From IMG/VR virus record IMGVR_UViG_3300027759_000001: a stretch of DNA of 64,000 nt, one strand, 5' to 3'. The notes beneath the pieces are model-generated. The model searched no databases. It had not been told where the DNA came from and was given only the letters and a program-made list of their open reading frames with translations. This DNA is from a virus. Lineage: Duplodnaviria; Caudoviricetes. The translations under genes were made by a program, and so were the position numbers. Of this stretch, positions 18,902-28,555 are shown piece by piece (the stretch's first letter is position 1; the number at the start of each line of letters is the position of its first letter).

Positions 18902-19687
18902 TTAATCTTGTTCTTTTTTATAAAATCTTTTATTTTCAGGTTGGTACCATTCATCCAAAGATGCGGGTACCCTTGAGTGATACCCTAATAATTGTTGTAA
19001 TTCAAAACTAAACTCATCAATCCTGTCGTAACCAATTGCTCTTGGGTAATCTAACAATTGTTTCATGAACGATTTACTTACGGTTATTGGAATTGCTCTT
19101 CTATGGTCTTGTGTTATATTGGGTGCCGATGAATGCCAAACATTGGCGTTAAAAACTATCATATCACCCTTTTTACCAACGGCTTGTATTGCGTTTTGAA
19201 AAAATTCTTCGTCACTTGGTTTTTTTTTATCTAAATGAGAATAAGGTAATAGATATGTTGCACCATTTTCAATTGTAAAATCATCCACCATTAATAAACA
19301 ATTTAACATAATTGGGAAATCACCAGAATAAAATCTTAAATCTCTGTGAACAATTGCCGAGAAATTTGGTTGATTTGGTAGATTATCTAATCCACTAAAT
19401 GAATTAATAATACACTTACCATTAAAAAAAGATTCCGAAAGGAACTCAAAGAATTTTTTATTTTGGATATCTTCCAAGAAATTAATGAATATTGGATTAC
19501 TTAATAACGCATGAAGCGCAACTCCATTAGTTTGAATATCATTATGGTTATTTAATTGAGTTTTTCTATGCTCAATAAATGCTTTGTCCAAAGCATCCCT
19601 TAACAAATCTAACCAATTTTCATCAACTAAATTTCGGATAATTGTATACCCTTGTTCTTTTAACTCTATAATATTTTCTTTTTTCAT
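18902..19687 (-). CDS. PhyH-like 2OG-Fe(II) dioxygenase
   Basis: HRD (HxD), ENGAT.LLP.SH, GDMIVFN..VWHS. Confidence 0.9.
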   Translation of the reverse strand: MKKENIIELKEQGYTIIRNLVDENWLDLLRDALDKAFIEHRKTQLNNHNDIQTNGVALHALLSNPIFINFLEDIQNKKFFEFLSESFFNGKCIINSFSGLDNLPNQPNFSAIVHRDLRFYSGDFPIMLNCLLMVDDFTIENGATYLLPYSHLDKKKPSDEEFFQNAIQAVGKKGDMIVFNANVWHSSAPNITQDHRRAIPITVSKSFMKQLLDYPRAIGYDRIDEFSFELQQLLGYHSRVPASLDEWYQPENKRFYKKEQD

Positions 19688-20349
19688 TTTAAAAATTTTT
19701 CACCTGTAATTCTATTTCTAATTATTTTTGCAGGATTACCATAAACCAAAACATTATCAGGTAATGATTTAATAACTAAACTTCCCGCACCAACTACAGT
19801 GTTTTCCCCAATTTCTATTCTATCTAATACTGTCACACCTAAAGTTAATGCCGAATATTTACCTAACTTAACATAACCTCCAGTAATGGAACCTGCGGAT
19901 ATACTGGCAAAATCAGAAATAACACAATCATGTTCTACTTGAGCTCCTGTTGCAAAAAATGTAAAATCTCCTATTACTGATTTGGGGTTGAATATACACC
20001 CCGCCATTGCAACTATACCTCTCCCTAATGTTACATTATTACCTATTACAACTGATGGATGAATGGCGTTTACAAACTTAAAATCAGGCACTAAAGACGA
20101 TATTTGAAGAGATACATTAGATCTTCCCCAATTGTCACCTATAGAAATCACCCCACCATATAGTTCATATTCTTTAACTAATTCAGATAAATTTTCTTGT
20201 CTACCAATTATTTTATATCCAAACCTATCAGAACCAATATCATGTAAAGAATCAATAATACCTACAATATTGTATTTACCTTCTTTTTCAATAATATCAA
20301 TAGTGTAATGAGCTTGATTTCCCCCACCAATTAAAACTATATTTTTCAT
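19684..20349 (-). CDS. sugar O/N-acetyltransferase, PglD/NeuD family (hexapeptide repeat)
   Basis: LIGGGNQA, AIHPSVVIG, VEHDC, GNPAK. Confidence 0.9.
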   Translation of the reverse strand: MKNIVLIGGGNQAHYTIDIIEKEGKYNIVGIIDSLHDIGSDRFGYKIIGRQENLSELVKEYELYGGVISIGDNWGRSNVSLQISSLVPDFKFVNAIHPSVVIGNNVTLGRGIVAMAGCIFNPKSVIGDFTFFATGAQVEHDCVISDFASISAGSITGGYVKLGKYSALTLGVTVLDRIEIGENTVVGAGSLVIKSLPDNVLVYGNPAKIIRNRITGEKFLK

Positions 20350-20990
20350 TGATTATAAATTTTAAATTTTGATAGATCAGGGTATGGTAACTCTAAATCT
20401 TGATTATGTTTTTTATTTCCCTTTAAATCATAGAATTGGGACATCATCAACAATCCTCTTGCGGATAATTCTGGCATCATATAAAAGTTCCAACCTATCA
20501 TATCAAAATTATCGTCATGATATGAACATTCTCTTCTACCACTAAATCTTGCTCTTTTAAACCATAACATCGCCTTATGGTCATCAGTTAAAATTGCACC
20601 TCCCTTACTAAGTTTTAATGTTTTATATGGTCCTGTAAATGAAAGACACATATGGGACTTTGGGATATACATATCGGCAGTAAATCTCAAAGCCGAATCC
20701 CAAACATTACTTGGGGATAACTGATATGCTCCTTTAATTGTTTCACCCTCAACAGGTGTAAAATTAACTTTTAATCCTGAATGAATAATTTCACACGGAA
20801 CTGATGGGTATGTCTTTGATGGACAATCTACCTTATCTGATGTTAAACTTTTTTTTATGTTTTTTTCATAATATAACGCTAAAAATATTGCGTTACTCAT
20901 GTTGTCTAATGCAATTGCATATGGTGCTCCTGTGTAATCACATAGTGATTTCTCAAAGTCTTCAGTTATTTTATGTACTCCTTGTGCCAT
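20346..20990 (-). CDS. DegT/DnrJ/EryC1/StrS-type aminotransferase, short form
   Basis: FEKSLCDYTGAPYAIAL, DSA, SF...K...GGAILTDD, GWNFYM; only 214 aa. Confidence 0.8.
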   Translation of the reverse strand: MAQGVHKITEDFEKSLCDYTGAPYAIALDNMSNAIFLALYYEKNIKKSLTSDKVDCPSKTYPSVPCEIIHSGLKVNFTPVEGETIKGAYQLSPSNVWDSALRFTADMYIPKSHMCLSFTGPYKTLKLSKGGAILTDDHKAMLWFKRARFSGRRECSYHDDNFDMIGWNFYMMPELSARGLLMMSQFYDLKGNKKHNQDLELPYPDLSKFKIYNQ

Positions 20991-20991
20991 A

Positions 20992-22503
20992 TTATATAAT
21001 TATAATGTTATTTTTTATTTTGTCTATATTATTTTTAATAGATGGAAGTAGATTATTGTGGTAATCGTAATTTAATTTTACCAAATTTTTTGGATCATCA
21101 TTTCTTGTTTGGGATTCATAATGATACGATACACATTCACTACATATATAGTTTTTAAAACCTGAGGATAAAAGATTCATATTAACTTCAACATCTTCAA
21201 AACAAGAAACATAATTTTCATTAAACATTCCATATTTTTCAAAAGTGTATTTTCTAACCATCATTAGACCACCCGTGTTACCAAAAACTTCTTTTGTTGA
21301 GTTAGAATAATTGTAATAGTTTTTTAAATTTAAATGTGTTACGCCAATTCTATTATCTATTTTATTAATGTACATTAAGATTCCATCATGTTGTATTGTG
21401 TTATCCTCAAAATGAAGTCTAGCTCCAACGGTACCTGTCATCCTATTTTTTTCAAATACTGACAACATTCCAGTAATAACGTCATTTATTATTTTTATAT
21501 CGTTATTAGAGAATAATAAAAATTCATATTCATCTTTAGGTAAGTTTTTTACAACATCATTATTAATCTTTGCAAAATTATAGTAATCATACTCAATTAA
21601 TTTAACATTCCCAAAAGGTAATATATTATCCTTAATCCAATTTTTTTCTTCTTCAGTTGACCCTGTGTCCGCAATGTAGACATCAAAAATTTTATAATCA
21701 CAATGATCGTAAAATGATTTAACACATTCGTATAACATTTCAACTTTACCTTTAGTTGGTATTATAATTGCAATCTTACCAAATTTTTTAAATTCTTTTC
21801 TTTTTATATCGGGAGCGTAAATAAACGAAGGTTTTAAATCTAAAGGTAACATACTACCCCATTTTTCTACAAATTTTTCTTTACTCTCCCAAAATTCCTG
21901 ATTTGGTTTTCCTATGGATTGGTGAGTTATTTCAAAGGATGAGGTAACTCCAATTTTAATCCCATCTAAATAATTTGGAATACAGAATAAATGATCGTAA
22001 AAGTGAAATTTACCAATTGTTTCATCAAACCTATGTTTAATTTTTGTTTTATCAAATGACATGAATAAACCATCAATTGTAACAACAGGAATTAAAAATG
22101 GTAATTTAGGTGAATATTTGTTTAACCATTTTTTTTGACCATCAGGATGGTGATAAACTTGACCAACCATTGTTTGAGTCATTCTATCCCAATAAACTCC
22201 TGACTCAGGAAAATAACAAGATCCGGCTTTTCCAATTATACCGAATTCGGGGTTATTAGAATAATCTTCTAATAATTTTTTACCCCAATTCTTTTCAAGT
22301 TTAATATCATTGTGACAACATACCACAATATCATAGGTTGATTGCGTGACACCACTATTATAAACTTGGGATAATGAATATTGGTTATGATTAACAAATT
22401 CTAAAATCTGTACATCGTTTAATCCTACCGTTTGTAACAAATGTTGTTTAAATTTGTTATTATATTCTTGATCCTTATGTGTTGAGTATATAATTGTTAT
22501 CAT
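20992..22503 (-). CDS. two-domain GT2-family glycosyltransferase
   Basis: N-domain CHNDI...IDGLFM; C-domain AIIIPTK, NNDI, TGGLMMVR..FE..G.FNE. Confidence 0.85.
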   Translation of the reverse strand: MITIIYSTHKDQEYNNKFKQHLLQTVGLNDVQILEFVNHNQYSLSQVYNSGVTQSTYDIVVCCHNDIKLEKNWGKKLLEDYSNNPEFGIIGKAGSCYFPESGVYWDRMTQTMVGQVYHHPDGQKKWLNKYSPKLPFLIPVVTIDGLFMSFDKTKIKHRFDETIGKFHFYDHLFCIPNYLDGIKIGVTSSFEITHQSIGKPNQEFWESKEKFVEKWGSMLPLDLKPSFIYAPDIKRKEFKKFGKIAIIIPTKGKVEMLYECVKSFYDHCDYKIFDVYIADTGSTEEEKNWIKDNILPFGNVKLIEYDYYNFAKINNDVVKNLPKDEYEFLLFSNNDIKIINDVITGMLSVFEKNRMTGTVGARLHFEDNTIQHDGILMYINKIDNRIGVTHLNLKNYYNYSNSTKEVFGNTGGLMMVRKYTFEKYGMFNENYVSCFEDVEVNMNLLSSGFKNYICSECVSYHYESQTRNDDPKNLVKLNYDYHNNLLPSIKNNIDKIKNNIIII

Positions 22504-22509
22504 ATTTTT

Positions 22510-23355
22510 TTAATCTATTTTATTTATTATCCAATTTTCGGGGTAATAGTGTGGACAATGAAATAAGTCATAACAATTACCGGCAAGGTTTTTCCCCGAA
22601 TGAATTACTTTTCCATTATTAAAGTTTTTAACATACCACATTTGCCACCAACTAAACGTTGAGCTTCCCCCAATAAAATTATCACATAGGGTACCTAAAA
22701 TAAATTGATCCATTGGGTCATTTAAATATTCATTAGAATGTTGTATGTAGGTATTATTTGATTCGGCAAATAAAAAGTTTTTATTTATATAATAATTTTT
22801 ACACCACTCAATGTCATCTGAAAAAATTATAACATTATAATCCAAATAATTTGGAAATTCTTTTTTTAACGTATCTTCATACCAAGTTTCAGGTATTTGG
22901 TAAAAACAGTTGTGACCTACAAAATCACCTCTTCTAACACCAATCCCAATTGTCGGTTTTGTAAAAAAATCTTTGTATCGGGTTTTTACCTCTTTAATTT
23001 TTTCTTCTTTTATTTCTAAAATATTTTTTATATAATTGACATCATCAATAAACCATTTTTCTGATTGTAATCCAGGATATCCTAATATATTAATTATTTT
23101 GTCATTATTTAATTTAAAAAACTCAATAAAATTTTTTTTTTCATCATCACTATATTTTCTGTTTAGAAATGAATACTCAATATCGTAATTCTGGTTTTCA
23201 GTCACATTAGGTAAATTTTTTAAATAATCCCATAGAAAATATTCAGGAAGTACAATCTTATTATTAGAATGTTTTGCTAAGTAATTTAATCCTGTAAAAA
23301 GAAATAACCAATTACCTAATCTTAAGTGGTTACCCCAACCATTGCATTTTATCAT
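22510..23355 (-). CDS. GT11 alpha-1,2-fucosyltransferase-like
   Basis: RLGNWLF, VRRGDF, IFSDDIEWC, STFSWW. Confidence 0.85.
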   Translation of the reverse strand: MIKCNGWGNHLRLGNWLFLFTGLNYLAKHSNNKIVLPEYFLWDYLKNLPNVTENQNYDIEYSFLNRKYSDDEKKNFIEFFKLNNDKIINILGYPGLQSEKWFIDDVNYIKNILEIKEEKIKEVKTRYKDFFTKPTIGIGVRRGDFVGHNCFYQIPETWYEDTLKKEFPNYLDYNVIIFSDDIEWCKNYYINKNFLFAESNNTYIQHSNEYLNDPMDQFILGTLCDNFIGGSSTFSWWQMWYVKNFNNGKVIHSGKNLAGNCYDLFHCPHYYPENWIINKID

Positions 23356-24188
23356 ATTAAAAAATTTTCATTGTAGTATTTTTTTGCATTTTCTTCTGAT
23401 TTTACATAATGATGTTCACTATGAACGGTTTGATATCCACTACTTAATTCAGACCAATATGAGTGGATGTATTTTTCATTATAGTTTACAAACTTATAAC
23501 CTTTTAAATGTAAACTTCTAAACCATGCAACTCCCGAATCGGGACCAAAAACACCAAAAAAAGGAGTATCTCCATTTGGATATGTTTCTTTATTAGACAT
23601 TTTTATGTTTATTAAACATGCCCATTCATTTAATCTACATTCAGGTAAAGGTTTTGGGTTAATTTTATCTACATTAGTAATATCGGTTCTAACATATGGT
23701 AATCCTAAAGAAATAACTTCCTCGTATGTTGGGTTCCATTCGTAAAATTTTTCACCACTACATAAGTTTGCTTTATGTGCTGGACAATTCCAACACTGAC
23801 CAATTCGGCCTATACCAATAGAATCATTTATTTTATTTAACATATCACCAATGACATCTCCTGTATATAAAACATCATTATGGGTAACAAATAAAAATTC
23901 TTTATTACTAGTTTCAAAACTATATTGATGAGGACAATTAAATCTTTCGTTTTGGTTAGTTATGTCTTTTATTGTATACATTAAAATAGATTTTTCTGGT
24001 TGATAAACTATTAAATTATCAAAATAACCCATTATCCAATCAACATTATCGTTAAAAGGATGTGTTGGTTCTTTTATAAAAAATATTTTATCAATGTGTT
24101 CTCCCGAATGACTCATTAAACTTTTTAATGTACATAAAGTTTGCCATGGTTTACCATAAGCGTGTACTATAACATCTACTTTTTTCAT
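23352..24188 (-). CDS. putative GT-A fold glycosyltransferase
   Basis: VDVIVHAYGK start, THNDVLY, RLNEW; glycosylation island context. Confidence 0.5.
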   Translation of the reverse strand: MKKVDVIVHAYGKPWQTLCTLKSLMSHSGEHIDKIFFIKEPTHPFNDNVDWIMGYFDNLIVYQPEKSILMYTIKDITNQNERFNCPHQYSFETSNKEFLFVTHNDVLYTGDVIGDMLNKINDSIGIGRIGQCWNCPAHKANLCSGEKFYEWNPTYEEVISLGLPYVRTDITNVDKINPKPLPECRLNEWACLINIKMSNKETYPNGDTPFFGVFGPDSGVAWFRSLHLKGYKFVNYNEKYIHSYWSELSSGYQTVHSEHHYVKSEENAKKYYNENFLI

Positions 24189-24194
24189 ATTCTT

Positions 24195-24776
24195 TTATAT
24201 TCCAGTACTACCAAACCCATTATCGGATCTGTCTTTATTTTTTATTGTATCAACTTTAATTAAGTCTAACCATTTTCCACATACTACAGGACATACAACG
24301 GCCTGAGCAATTTTTTGACCTTCTTTTACTTCAACAGAACTATTTGTTGTGTTAAATAATATTACTTTAATTTCACCTGTATATCCTTGATCTACAGTTC
24401 CTGGTGAGTTTAACACCATTAAACCTTGATTAATGGCTAATCCACTCTTTGATCTAATCTGAATTTCATAATTTTCGGGAACATCAAAATGAACTCCTGT
24501 TGGAACTAATATTCTACCAAATGGTTCAATAGTTAATGATTCCATTGAATATAAATCCATACCTGAATCAGTTGGATACGCAAAATTAGGATCGTATTTT
24601 TTTGATGAAAATTCTAATTTCATTGTTGGTTGGTAATCTTCCATTTCTTTTTCAAGTTCAAAAAGATCCAACCCATGTTTATCTATAATTTCATCATAAT
24701 TCATTTCATTCATGTCATCACCAAACATTGAATCTAATTCTTCTAATTGTTTTATTAATTTTGTAACGTCATCCAT
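24195..24776 (-). CDS. dut: trimeric dUTPase with acidic N-terminal extension
   Basis: SGMDL, RSKSGLA, NSPGTVDQGYTGEIKV, RSDNGFGSTG. Confidence 0.95.
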   Translation of the reverse strand: MDDVTKLIKQLEELDSMFGDDMNEMNYDEIIDKHGLDLFELEKEMEDYQPTMKLEFSSKKYDPNFAYPTDSGMDLYSMESLTIEPFGRILVPTGVHFDVPENYEIQIRSKSGLAINQGLMVLNSPGTVDQGYTGEIKVILFNTTNSSVEVKEGQKIAQAVVCPVVCGKWLDLIKVDTIKNKDRSDNGFGSTGI

Positions 24777-25477
24777 TATTTTAATTCTTTTAATTTAATT
24801 ATTGCATCAATTAGTACCTCAACATCTCTCTCACAGTACTCACCAATTTCTTTTAACATACCTTTGTTCCAATAACAATCATGGACTTTGTCTCCTGTTA
24901 CGTCACCACCCTTTGGTGTTGGGATATCTAAACAAGAACACATCAAGTCTAATGATCCAATTGCGGTATACGCTCCGTATTGCCACACATCCTTTGTATC
25001 AATTGCTTTAACTTCCCAAGGTTTTGTGTCGTATGATGGTAAAATTGAAGATGGTTTTAATCCATTGATGATCATTCTTTTTGCAATCATTGGAATATCA
25101 AAGTTTTTTAAATTGTGACCACATAAATAAAAATCCAATTTACCACAACGATTTAACAACGTTTGTAAATCTTTTAATAATTTACCTTCATTATCACTTG
25201 AGAATGTTTGTTTTTTAACTTCATTGTTATCCATAACAAATGCAACACTTACACAAACTATTTTTGCAAATTCAGGAACCAATGCAGTTCTTTTTGCAAA
25301 AATTTCATCCAAAGATAATTGGGCGTCTTCAGGGAATCTTTTTTGAAACCAATCAATGTATTTAACAAATTGTTCAGCAACTCTTGGGTATTCTTTTACA
25401 CAAGTTTGATAATCTTTTGTTATTCCTACTGTTTCAATGTCAAGGAATAAAATTTTTGTAATTGGGATATTAATCAT
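24776..25477 (-). CDS. DEDD 3'-5' exonuclease (PolB exo2-like)
   Basis: FLDIET, GHNLKNFDIP, YCERDV. Confidence 0.85.
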   Translation of the reverse strand: MINIPITKILFLDIETVGITKDYQTCVKEYPRVAEQFVKYIDWFQKRFPEDAQLSLDEIFAKRTALVPEFAKIVCVSVAFVMDNNEVKKQTFSSDNEGKLLKDLQTLLNRCGKLDFYLCGHNLKNFDIPMIAKRMIINGLKPSSILPSYDTKPWEVKAIDTKDVWQYGAYTAIGSLDLMCSCLDIPTPKGGDVTGDKVHDCYWNKGMLKEIGEYCERDVEVLIDAIIKLKELK

Positions 25478-25928
25478 TTGATTCTAAATTTTTTATTAAA
25501 TCTGGATTTTGTTTTAAAGTTTGTATTGTAATAAGGTCTTTTATTTTGGTTGTTGACCAATTATGAGATCTAGTTGTGTAAATAACCTCAATAGGTAGGT
25601 GATCACCCGTAAATCGTTTACCGATGTAATCATCACCTAAAATTCTTACATCAGGTTTGTAAAATTCAATTAACTTAATAAGATCTTCTTCAGTTTGATA
25701 TGTAACAACCTCATCAACGTATTTTATTGACATCAAAGTTTTATACCTTTCATACAAAGGTACAACTGGTTTATATTTAGTGAATCTTGTTTCAGATGGA
25801 TCTCTTTGTAAGAATACCATAAAATAATCGCAATTTTCTTTTGCGGTTTCAAATGTGTATATGTAACCTGGATGTAACAAATCAAAGTTACCTGCCGTAA
25901 AACCTATTATTCCTTTTTTATTGTTCAT
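25470..25928 (-). CDS. cytidylyl/adenylyltransferase (TagD / RfaE domain II-like)
   Basis: FTAGNFDLLHPGY, ER...L...KYVDEV, PDVRILGDDY. Confidence 0.85.
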   Translation of the reverse strand: MNNKKGIIGFTAGNFDLLHPGYIYTFETAKENCDYFMVFLQRDPSETRFTKYKPVVPLYERYKTLMSIKYVDEVVTYQTEEDLIKLIEFYKPDVRILGDDYIGKRFTGDHLPIEVIYTTRSHNWSTTKIKDLITIQTLKQNPDLIKNLESND

Positions 25929-25929
25929 G

Positions 25930-27144
25930 TTATTTAATTAAAGATTTATAAAATTCTGATCTTGTTTTAGTGACTTGGTTAAGGTCATATTTATCTTTTA
26001 CCGTTTCGTATAATCTTTCACCAAGATCAACAATCATACTTGGGTTGTCAACCAATTTCTTAATATTTTTTGCCCAATCACTATGATTATTATTTTCGTT
26101 AACCAATAAAGCGTTACCATCGGTAAATTTACCTTGATGTAAAGCGTGTTTTAAATCAATCGTGTATGGTCCAACATTTGATGCAATTAAAGCTTTCTTA
26201 TAAAATCCAGCCTCAATAACCTTCAATTGAGATTTCATTCTGTTGAAGATATGATTTTGAATTGGTGCTAATGAAATATCAAATTTAGAATAATTCTTAG
26301 CGTAAGATGTTACAGGTTTAGTCCATACTCTAACATAATTTTCATTCTCCCAACCCAAATATTCTTTATCCTCATATTTTTCTAAAAATTCTTTATATTT
26401 TGGTGTTATAATTTTATAATCGTTAGTAAAAATTTTTTCGTATTTAAGCCAAACAGTTTCGTCAGGTTTAATTGGTCTTTGTGTTTTTTCTCCCGTCTGT
26501 TGATTTATTTCAGTTACAGTACCACGAGTATCAAATCCACATACAAAATATTGTATTTTATCTTGTAATGATGATAATTTAGAAACGGTACCGTCCATTA
26601 ACTTTAAATCGTGTAAGTGTGAAGAACCTCCTAACCAACCAACTCTGATCTTATCTGATGATACTGTTGGTTCTTTAAATTGAGATTCATTTGGGTCAAT
26701 TGCATTTGGGAATACAACTACGTTTTTATTAAATTTGCGAATTTCATTTGCAAAAATTTCAGTAGTTGTCATAACGTATGAACAAACTTTTAAATTCTTA
26801 ATGATTTTCTCATGTAATTTATTTTGCATGATTAATTGATGAATAGGATGTTCCTTTGTCGGTAACCAATAATCATCAATATCGCCAACAACAATAATTC
26901 CCATACCTTTTAATTTCTCAATCAAAGCAGGACATGAGTCATAGTCTTGACCAATAGTACGGTGGAAATGAACTATTTGATATTTTTTCCAATAGTTGTC
27001 ATCGTCAATTTTAGGTGTGTAATCAATATCAACATGAAAGTCGTTAGGATAAAGATTTTGTAATTTTACGTGTGGATCTACCGATCTAAATTTCCCAACA
27101 CCTGATGTGTCTGAGGGTAATACTAATACATTAATTTTTTCCAT
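25930..27144 (-). CDS. GT-B glycosyltransferase (GT4-like)
   Basis: Start revised to MEKINVL; DIDD, VGWLGGSSH, FN.MKSQLKVIEAG. Confidence 0.85.
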   Translation of the reverse strand: MEKINVLVLPSDTSGVGKFRSVDPHVKLQNLYPNDFHVDIDYTPKIDDDNYWKKYQIVHFHRTIGQDYDSCPALIEKLKGMGIIVVGDIDDYWLPTKEHPIHQLIMQNKLHEKIIKNLKVCSYVMTTTEIFANEIRKFNKNVVVFPNAIDPNESQFKEPTVSSDKIRVGWLGGSSHLHDLKLMDGTVSKLSSLQDKIQYFVCGFDTRGTVTEINQQTGEKTQRPIKPDETVWLKYEKIFTNDYKIITPKYKEFLEKYEDKEYLGWENENYVRVWTKPVTSYAKNYSKFDISLAPIQNHIFNRMKSQLKVIEAGFYKKALIASNVGPYTIDLKHALHQGKFTDGNALLVNENNNHSDWAKNIKKLVDNPSMIVDLGERLYETVKDKYDLNQVTKTRSEFYKSLIK

Positions 27145-27202
27145 AGTTATAATAATAATAGAAATGTAATCTAAATGTATGGAAATATCAACCCATAAAA
27201 AC

Positions 27203-27229
27203 AAAAAACCCCAATCATTGATTGAGGTT
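27203..27229 (-). terminator. intrinsic terminator
   Basis: Minus strand AACCTCAATC-AAT-GATTGGGGTT followed by T-tract, downstream of 27252..27860. Confidence 0.8.
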
Positions 27230-27251
27230 CCCTTTTTTATTTTAAATTAAA

Positions 27252-27860
27252 TTATTTTGCTATTTTTTTTACTCTAATTAACTTACCTTCAAAAATATGT
27301 TGACCAACTCTAAATTTAAAAACTTCATTACTCTTAGTTTCAGATTCAGTTAATAACCCATTTTCTCTAAGAACATCTTGTACTGTTTCTCTAACAATGT
27401 CTCTTATTACATTTGCATCTACACCAACATTAGATTGTTGTTGTCGTTGTTGTTGTTGTTTTTGTGGTTGTTTGTTTTCTAATAATTCTCCTTTTGCATT
27501 TGTATTCATCAATCTACTTGCTTTCTCAACCAATTCATTTGATAACATTCCTGATCCAACACCCATTGTTGGTTGTTGAATTGGATGTTCCATCATTAAT
27601 TTTTTAATTTCATCGGGTAATTTAGAACCTAAAATTCTATCAGATGTCATTGGTCCATTATTAATTGGTTTTGCGACTTCTTGTTCCGATAAAAATTCTT
27701 GTGGTAAATTGTAAGTTGCTTGAATAGGTTGGTAATCTTCTACCATTGGTGATGATGACCCCCCTGATGACTGAATACCATTTCTACCCATGTCATTGTG
27801 TTTTTCCATGATCTTTTTTGAGATCATTAATTTTTGTATTAAATCTTGTTCTGAATTCAT
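27252..27860 (-). CDS. hypothetical protein (Gln-rich linker, LxE motif)
   Basis: 202 aa; QQQQRQQQ; DVLRENGLLTES. Confidence 0.75.
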   Translation of the reverse strand: MNSEQDLIQKLMISKKIMEKHNDMGRNGIQSSGGSSSPMVEDYQPIQATYNLPQEFLSEQEVAKPINNGPMTSDRILGSKLPDEIKKLMMEHPIQQPTMGVGSGMLSNELVEKASRLMNTNAKGELLENKQPQKQQQQRQQQSNVGVDANVIRDIVRETVQDVLRENGLLTESETKSNEVFKFRVGQHIFEGKLIRVKKIAK

Positions 27861-27862
27861 AG

Positions 27863-28267
27863 TTATGCTAAATTTTCTTCAGTGTTATCAAAGACTGCGT
27901 TAATAATAACTTTAGTCATACTTTTATCTCCGTTAGGATTATAGTTTGGTCTTGGCTCATTAAATGTTTCTGCCGTTGGTCTAATAAATTGAACTTTGTC
28001 TAATCTAAACATTCTCCAACTTGGTAAAGGTTTTTCACCTAAGTACGCTCTGTGGGAAGCACCTTCCATGTCCCAAGCTCGTAATACAGGATTCCCACTT
28101 TTACTATAACCAAAACATACAGGTTCAATCGTTCTTAAACCATTACCTCCCGGCTCACGACCATTATAATAAATCACAACGCGCCTTTTTTTCTTAATAG
28201 CATCAACTACTGATTCAATTGATGCTACTTCAACAATAAGACCTTTTAATGTATTGTAAAGTTTCAT
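27863..28267 (-). CDS. stand-alone WYL-domain protein
   Basis: DAIKKKRRVVIYY...RTIEPVCFG...LRAWD...WRMFRLDKV. Confidence 0.75.
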   Translation of the reverse strand: MKLYNTLKGLIVEVASIESVVDAIKKKRRVVIYYNGREPGGNGLRTIEPVCFGYSKSGNPVLRAWDMEGASHRAYLGEKPLPSWRMFRLDKVQFIRPTAETFNEPRPNYNPNGDKSMTKVIINAVFDNTEENLA

Positions 28268-28554
28268 TATGCTGACGGAGTTGTGTAAGGTTTGTTTTTT
28301 TGATATTCATTAATTTTTATCTCACTAATACGTTCAATTGTATCTACAGATGAACCACCATTGGCGGTATCTAAGAATATTCCGGTTCCTTTACCAAATT
28401 CATCACCATCGGATATTGCGTCCTTATTGGTTGAGGAGTAAGGGTTAACCGACTTGTAATCGTTTTTTGGGATTAACTTTTGTCTTTGTTGTTCAGCGAT
28501 TTGTCCTAATTCATTATTAGGTTGACTAAAATCTAATCTTTCACTTGTTGCCAT
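28267..28554 (-). CDS. hypothetical protein
   Basis: 95 aa, coupled in operon. Confidence 0.75.
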   Translation of the reverse strand: MATSERLDFSQPNNELGQIAEQQRQKLIPKNDYKSVNPYSSTNKDAISDGDEFGKGTGIFLDTANGGSSVDTIERISEIKINEYQKNKPYTTPSA

Positions 28555-28555
28555 A

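Noticed and set aside
27145-27200. Possible sigma70-like promoter TTGATA-17-TACATT before the glycosylation island
   Set aside because: A single weak match in very AT-rich DNA; not distinguishable from chance without TSS data.
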